From: Coleofasciculus chthonoplastes F2-STO-03 | GTDB taxonomy: Bacteria; Cyanobacteriota; Cyanobacteriia; Cyanobacteriales; Coleofasciculaceae | Assembly: GCA_040222015.1 (NCBI GenBank) | Contig: JAVJWO010000027.1 | Coordinates: forward strand, 1-40,603 | DNA: 40,603 nt | Direction of reading: 5' to 3' | Part shown: positions 36,865 through 40,603 of the stretch, piece by piece | Numbering within the stretch: the stretch's first letter is position 1 | How the letters are laid out: each line of letters begins with the position of its first letter | The notes under the pieces: generated by a model | What the model saw: only the letters and a program-made list of their open reading frames with translations | Databases searched by the model: none | Told to the model about the DNA's origin: nothing | Program-made: the position numbers and the translations under genes

Positions 36865-38571
36865 ATGGCACTGAATTTAGTTAACCAACTGGGCGAATTG
36901 AATCCCCAGTTATTTCGGGAAATCAAAGGACGGCTTAAACCCCGCAATATTTTAATTGCCGTCGCCATGTCTTTCCTGGGACAGTTACTGCTGCTGATGG
37001 TTTTCGCGGGTCAATTACCCGTGGCTAAAGATAGCATGATGGTTTACAACCGTTATTGTACAGGTTCAACTGAGGAATATTCTACGATTCCAACCTGTCT
37101 ATCTGATGGTTTGGGTGGATTTGTGATCAATTGGTCATTCTGGTGGCAGGATGTATTTTTGGGACTCAGCCTAATCGGGATTTTTGCCCTGTTAGTCGTT
37201 GGCACGTATATGCTGATTAGTGATTTGTCTCAGGAAGAACGTCGGGGTACTCTGAATTTTCTACGGCTGACTCCGGGTTCAACGCTGAGTATTTTAGGCG
37301 GCAAATTATTGGGAGTCCCCCTGTTACTTTACCTAGTCGCTGCCCTAGCCTTGCCCTTGCATCTGGTGGCGGGTTTGGCTGGTCACATTGGTTTGAGTCA
37401 GATTTTAGCCTTCTACACGGTTCTGGGTGTCAGTTGCCTATTCTTTTTCAGTGGGGCGCTACTATTTGGCTTAGTCGGTAATGGGTTGGGCGGTTTTCAA
37501 GCGTGGTTGGGAGGTGGCGCAATTCTCCTATTCCTATCGATTAGCACCAGCGTTATTGACGGGGGTATGACTCATTATCCTACCGATTTGCTGACCTTAT
37601 TTAATCCGGCAATTTTGTTACCGTACCTGATTAATTCGAGTTCTCTAGATGTCGTTAATACGTATCCAAACGGTGATTTTTGGGACTTGGGTTGGTTTTA
37701 TCTCCCCATCGGAAAGACAATCTGGATGATGGCGGGATTTGCTATTCTCAATGCGGGTTTATGGAGTTACTGGATTTGGCAGGGATTAAATCGAAATTTT
37801 CACAACCCTACGGCTACCTTATTGAGTAAGCGACAAAGTTATCGGTTAACAGCTTGCTTGGAAGTGATGATTCTTGGATTTGCCCTAAATCCTCAGGTGA
37901 CAAATTGGAGAACGTATGCCGAAGGATTGTTTGAGAATCTGGAAATCCTGCTGGTGTTTAATTTGATCCTGTTTTTAGGGTTAATAGCAGCGTTGAGTCC
38001 CCATCGCCAGACGATGCAAGATTGGGCGCGTTACCGCCATGCCAAACGCTCGTCCCGCAAGGCTGGAATTATGGCAGACTTAATCTGGGGCAAAACCAGT
38101 CCTGCTCCTGTGGCGATTTTCTTGAATTTAGCGATCGCGTCTGCTATTTTACTGCCATGGATTCTGCTGTGGTCGCCCAGTGAATACAAGACACCGGCGA
38201 TTTTGGCTGTGTTGGTTACGGTCAGTCTCGTCGTTTTCTATGCTTCAATCGGACAGCTTATGCTGTTGCTGAAAACACCGAAGCGGGCGGTTTGGGCAGC
38301 AACGGTGGTTGGTGGAATCATTATCTTACCGCCAATCATGTTCGGCTTGTTGTCCATATCCCCGTCAGTAGAACCTGCTGTTTGGCTATTTTCTGCGTTT
38401 CCTTGGGCTAGCATCCAATATGCGGCGGGAACGTCAGTCTTCCTTGCCCTCGTTGGTCAATCCCTAGCATTAGTCTTGTTGAATCTGCAACTAACGCGAC
38501 AGTTGAAAAAAGCAGGTGAGTCTTCGACCAAAGCCTTACTGTCTGGGCGGATTCCCTTAGAGATTCAGTAA
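36865..38571 (+). CDS. Polytopic membrane protein, ABC-2 permease-like
   Basis: NPQLFREIKGRL, EERRGTLNFLRLTP and GKLLGVP, with many TM segments. Confidence 0.8.
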   Translation: MALNLVNQLGELNPQLFREIKGRLKPRNILIAVAMSFLGQLLLLMVFAGQLPVAKDSMMVYNRYCTGSTEEYSTIPTCLSDGLGGFVINWSFWWQDVFLGLSLIGIFALLVVGTYMLISDLSQEERRGTLNFLRLTPGSTLSILGGKLLGVPLLLYLVAALALPLHLVAGLAGHIGLSQILAFYTVLGVSCLFFFSGALLFGLVGNGLGGFQAWLGGGAILLFLSISTSVIDGGMTHYPTDLLTLFNPAILLPYLINSSSLDVVNTYPNGDFWDLGWFYLPIGKTIWMMAGFAILNAGLWSYWIWQGLNRNFHNPTATLLSKRQSYRLTACLEVMILGFALNPQVTNWRTYAEGLFENLEILLVFNLILFLGLIAALSPHRQTMQDWARYRHAKRSSRKAGIMADLIWGKTSPAPVAIFLNLAIASAILLPWILLWSPSEYKTPAILAVLVTVSLVVFYASIGQLMLLLKTPKRAVWAATVVGGIIILPPIMFGLLSISPSVEPAVWLFSAFPWASIQYAAGTSVFLALVGQSLALVLLNLQLTRQLKKAGESSTKALLSGRIPLEIQ

Positions 38572-38589
38572 TTGAATCCTCATTGTATT

Positions 38590-38617
38590 GTAGAGACGCG
38601 CCATGGCGCGTCTCTAC
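38590..38617. repeat. Perfect 28-bp GTAG REP palindrome overlapping the GHMP kinase stop codon
   Basis: GTAGAGACGCGCCATGGCGCGTCTCTAC. Confidence 0.9.
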
Positions 38618-39669
38618 TCGGAATTAGCCTGAATGGTTAACGTCAAGGGATGCATTTGGGGAAATTCTCGTTCAATAATTCGGATAACGTTTTGTTGACT
38701 AGTCTTATTTTTTACAATAAATTGGGCAGTGCCATCGCCTTGAGAACCTACACCCTTGCCCCCTAAAATATAAGGTTGAATCGGCTCATAATTGAGCAGT
38801 TGGTGCAAAACGGGAGCCGTCAATTGTTGGGAACAAGCGGGGATGAGATAGCGATCAAATTCAGCTTGAGCCTTTGTCATCAACTGACCCAGCTTGGGAG
38901 CATCTCCTGCTTGCAGTGCTTCAACCGCTTCTTGAGTAATTTGATAACTAATAGTGCCGAGATAGTGCTGTACATTCTTCTGCACGTTATCAGTACCAAA
39001 GGGATAACACTGATTCAGCCGACTGAGGATTTCTTGGGTATTTTTACTCGCGCCCAGATCAACAATGACAAAAAACAAATCTTTTGGAACATTTAGCTCG
39101 ATAATATCTGCCGATGCGCCATCAAAAATCATGGCAATTGGTTGATTTCCATAAGCGCAGGCTTGATCCATACGTCCGCAGCGAGAAGGTGTAGTTGTCT
39201 CACCCAGATAAGCATATTCCATTTCGCCTCGCCGATTCATTTTTAGGTCATACAAGCGATTAAAAGCGCGTGCGACTAAAACGCAAATGGCTGCACTGGA
39301 GGATAACCCTTTCTCTATCGGTAAATCAGTGCAATAGTTATCGATTTCTACGCCACCTACTTGGAAATAGGTGAGAAAATGATAAACGACGCCAGCCGCA
39401 TAACTGCCAAACCCTCCCTTTTGGGCTTCAGCAAGGAGAACAGAGCGTTCCATGGGCAACTGAATGGGTTCTGGACGAATACCATCACTCAGGGAAGGGT
39501 GAAGAATGAAATGAGTAGGGTGGGGCTTGACGTTGGCATAGAGTCCCTGGTTGGTTCCTGTAATAATGGTATAACCTTTTCCAAGCTGAGAATTCAGGCG
39601 ACGGTAGCCTCCCCCCCAATCGCTGTGTTCACCAAACAGACAAAGGCGACCTGGCACAAACAGTTTCAT
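38614..39669 (-). CDS. GHMP-family sugar kinase (galactokinase/mevalonate kinase-like)
   Basis: PGRLCLFGEHSD, LPIEKGLSSSAA, CGRMDQ and GGKGVGSQGDG. Confidence 0.9.
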   Translation of the reverse strand: MKLFVPGRLCLFGEHSDWGGGYRRLNSQLGKGYTIITGTNQGLYANVKPHPTHFILHPSLSDGIRPEPIQLPMERSVLLAEAQKGGFGSYAAGVVYHFLTYFQVGGVEIDNYCTDLPIEKGLSSSAAICVLVARAFNRLYDLKMNRRGEMEYAYLGETTTPSRCGRMDQACAYGNQPIAMIFDGASADIIELNVPKDLFFVIVDLGASKNTQEILSRLNQCYPFGTDNVQKNVQHYLGTISYQITQEAVEALQAGDAPKLGQLMTKAQAEFDRYLIPACSQQLTAPVLHQLLNYEPIQPYILGGKGVGSQGDGTAQFIVKNKTSQQNVIRIIEREFPQMHPLTLTIQANSE

Positions 39670-39779
39670 TCATAACCCCTATAATTATCGCGATCGCTAC
39701 TAACTAGGGTACTCTGGAGGTTAACATATTGGTTTTTGCAACTTTTTCCGCGTTGAAGGTTGGGGTACATGTCAACGCA

Positions 39780-40140
39780 AGTAGGTTGGGTTGAGGAACG
39801 AAACCCAACACCACCAGGTTAGCTTGACACTCCCCCTTTTAAGATACTGCTGGTGATTAACTGAGGGGTCTGACCCCTTCCCTTTCCCCCTCCCCGAACC
39901 TCTCCCTAGCCCTCTCCTACAAGGAGAGGGAAGCGGAATATATTTTTTATTTGGAGGGGCTTTGATACTCCCCCTTCCCACCCCTTCGGGGAAGCAAGCT
40001 AAGCAGGGAAGGGGGCTGGGGGGTTAGGTTTTTCCAATTCGCCAGCAGCATCCTTTTAGAAAAAGGGGGATTCTGCGGAACCGTCGGACTTCATCCCCCG
40101 CCGCTCAGTACGGGGGCTTCCGTCCTCCCGTTCTTTACCT
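39780..40140. repeat. Cluster of nested hairpin repeats
   Basis: GTAG REP at 39781, imperfect IR pair at about 39844/40052, CCTCTCC..GGAGAGG and CCCCCTTCCC..GGGAAGGGGG hairpins, and an IS200/IS605-end-like hairpin at 40086-40125. Confidence 0.7.
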
Positions 40141-40154
40141 GTGAATTTATGCAT

Positions 40155-40192
40155 AAAAAGCAGTAGGGTGGGCAATACCCACCCTACTTTTT
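40155..40192 (-). terminator. Probable intrinsic terminator of psbA (REP-derived, possibly bidirectional)
   Basis: AAAAAGC-AGTAGGGTGGG-CAATA-CCCACCCTACT-TTTT. Confidence 0.65.
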
Positions 40193-40202
40193 ACCGAGTA
40201 TC

Positions 40203-40310
40203 TATAGCAGTAGACACATCGATTAGGACGTTCCGAACTGTTGTTCCAGACGTTCCGCCGGAACGTCTCTACGACGCGGATGTGTCCTAACCGCTATAGC
40301 GGTTGCTATA
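40203..40310. mobile_element. Complete IS630-like MITE with TATAGCA-N13-TTAGGAC ends and a central REP
   Basis: Both 27-bp ends fit the pattern. The inner rc reads GTAGAGACGTTCCGGCGGAACGTCTGGAACAA. Confidence 0.8.
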
Positions 40311-40320
40311 ATTCGGAGAA

Positions 40321-40603
<283 letters not shown>

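Larger units (their letters stand above)
31..39697. repeat. HIP1 octamer GCGATCGC dispersed throughout (at least 34 copies counted by eye)
   Basis: Examples at 31, 6602 and 6610 (tandem), 8791, 11451, 29991 and 38131. This is a cyanobacterial hallmark. Confidence 0.95.

Noticed and set aside
2863..39675. Many short antisense or overlapping ORFs in the track (e.g. 2863-3258, 3673-4011, 14132-14545, 22716-23105, 27597-27983, 38776-39096)
   Set aside because: They are shadows of well-supported genes on the other strand or frame.
39772..39981. 69-aa ORF
   Set aside because: It consists entirely of hairpin repeat sequence.

Overview
A 40.6 kb chromosomal window from a cyanobacterium. The HIP1 octamer GCGATCGC occurs at least 34 times, and psbA, ccmK3/ccmK4 and hpf are present. 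The STRR/REP load suggests a filamentous Oscillatoriales/Coleofasciculus-like genome (inference). Housekeeping and accessory genes include a GDPD, an SDR, a long tamB, Uma2, a TPR-STAND-WD40 protein, two-component genes, a GH13 neopullulanase, leuB, a GHMP kinase and the psbA 3' end. No CRISPR array, RNA gene, transposase or reverse transcriptase was found. The most distinctive signal is a dense, modular set of non-autonomous elements. IS630-like MITE 'shells' have bipartite ends (TATAGCA-N13-TTAGGAC; TTAYAGC-N18-RTACA) and carry interchangeable GTAG-REP hairpins or heptamer cargo. They nest in each other, and one disrupts a gene that can be reconstructed exactly. Related short repeats sit in frame inside proteins and supply stop and start codons. 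Orphan IS200/IS605 right-end-like hairpins also occur. A decaying island at about 31.2-35.0 kb holds an XRE regulator with twin operators, a truncated xisH, an xisI fused head-on to an AbrB-antitoxin remnant, and a broken AAA_35 gene.
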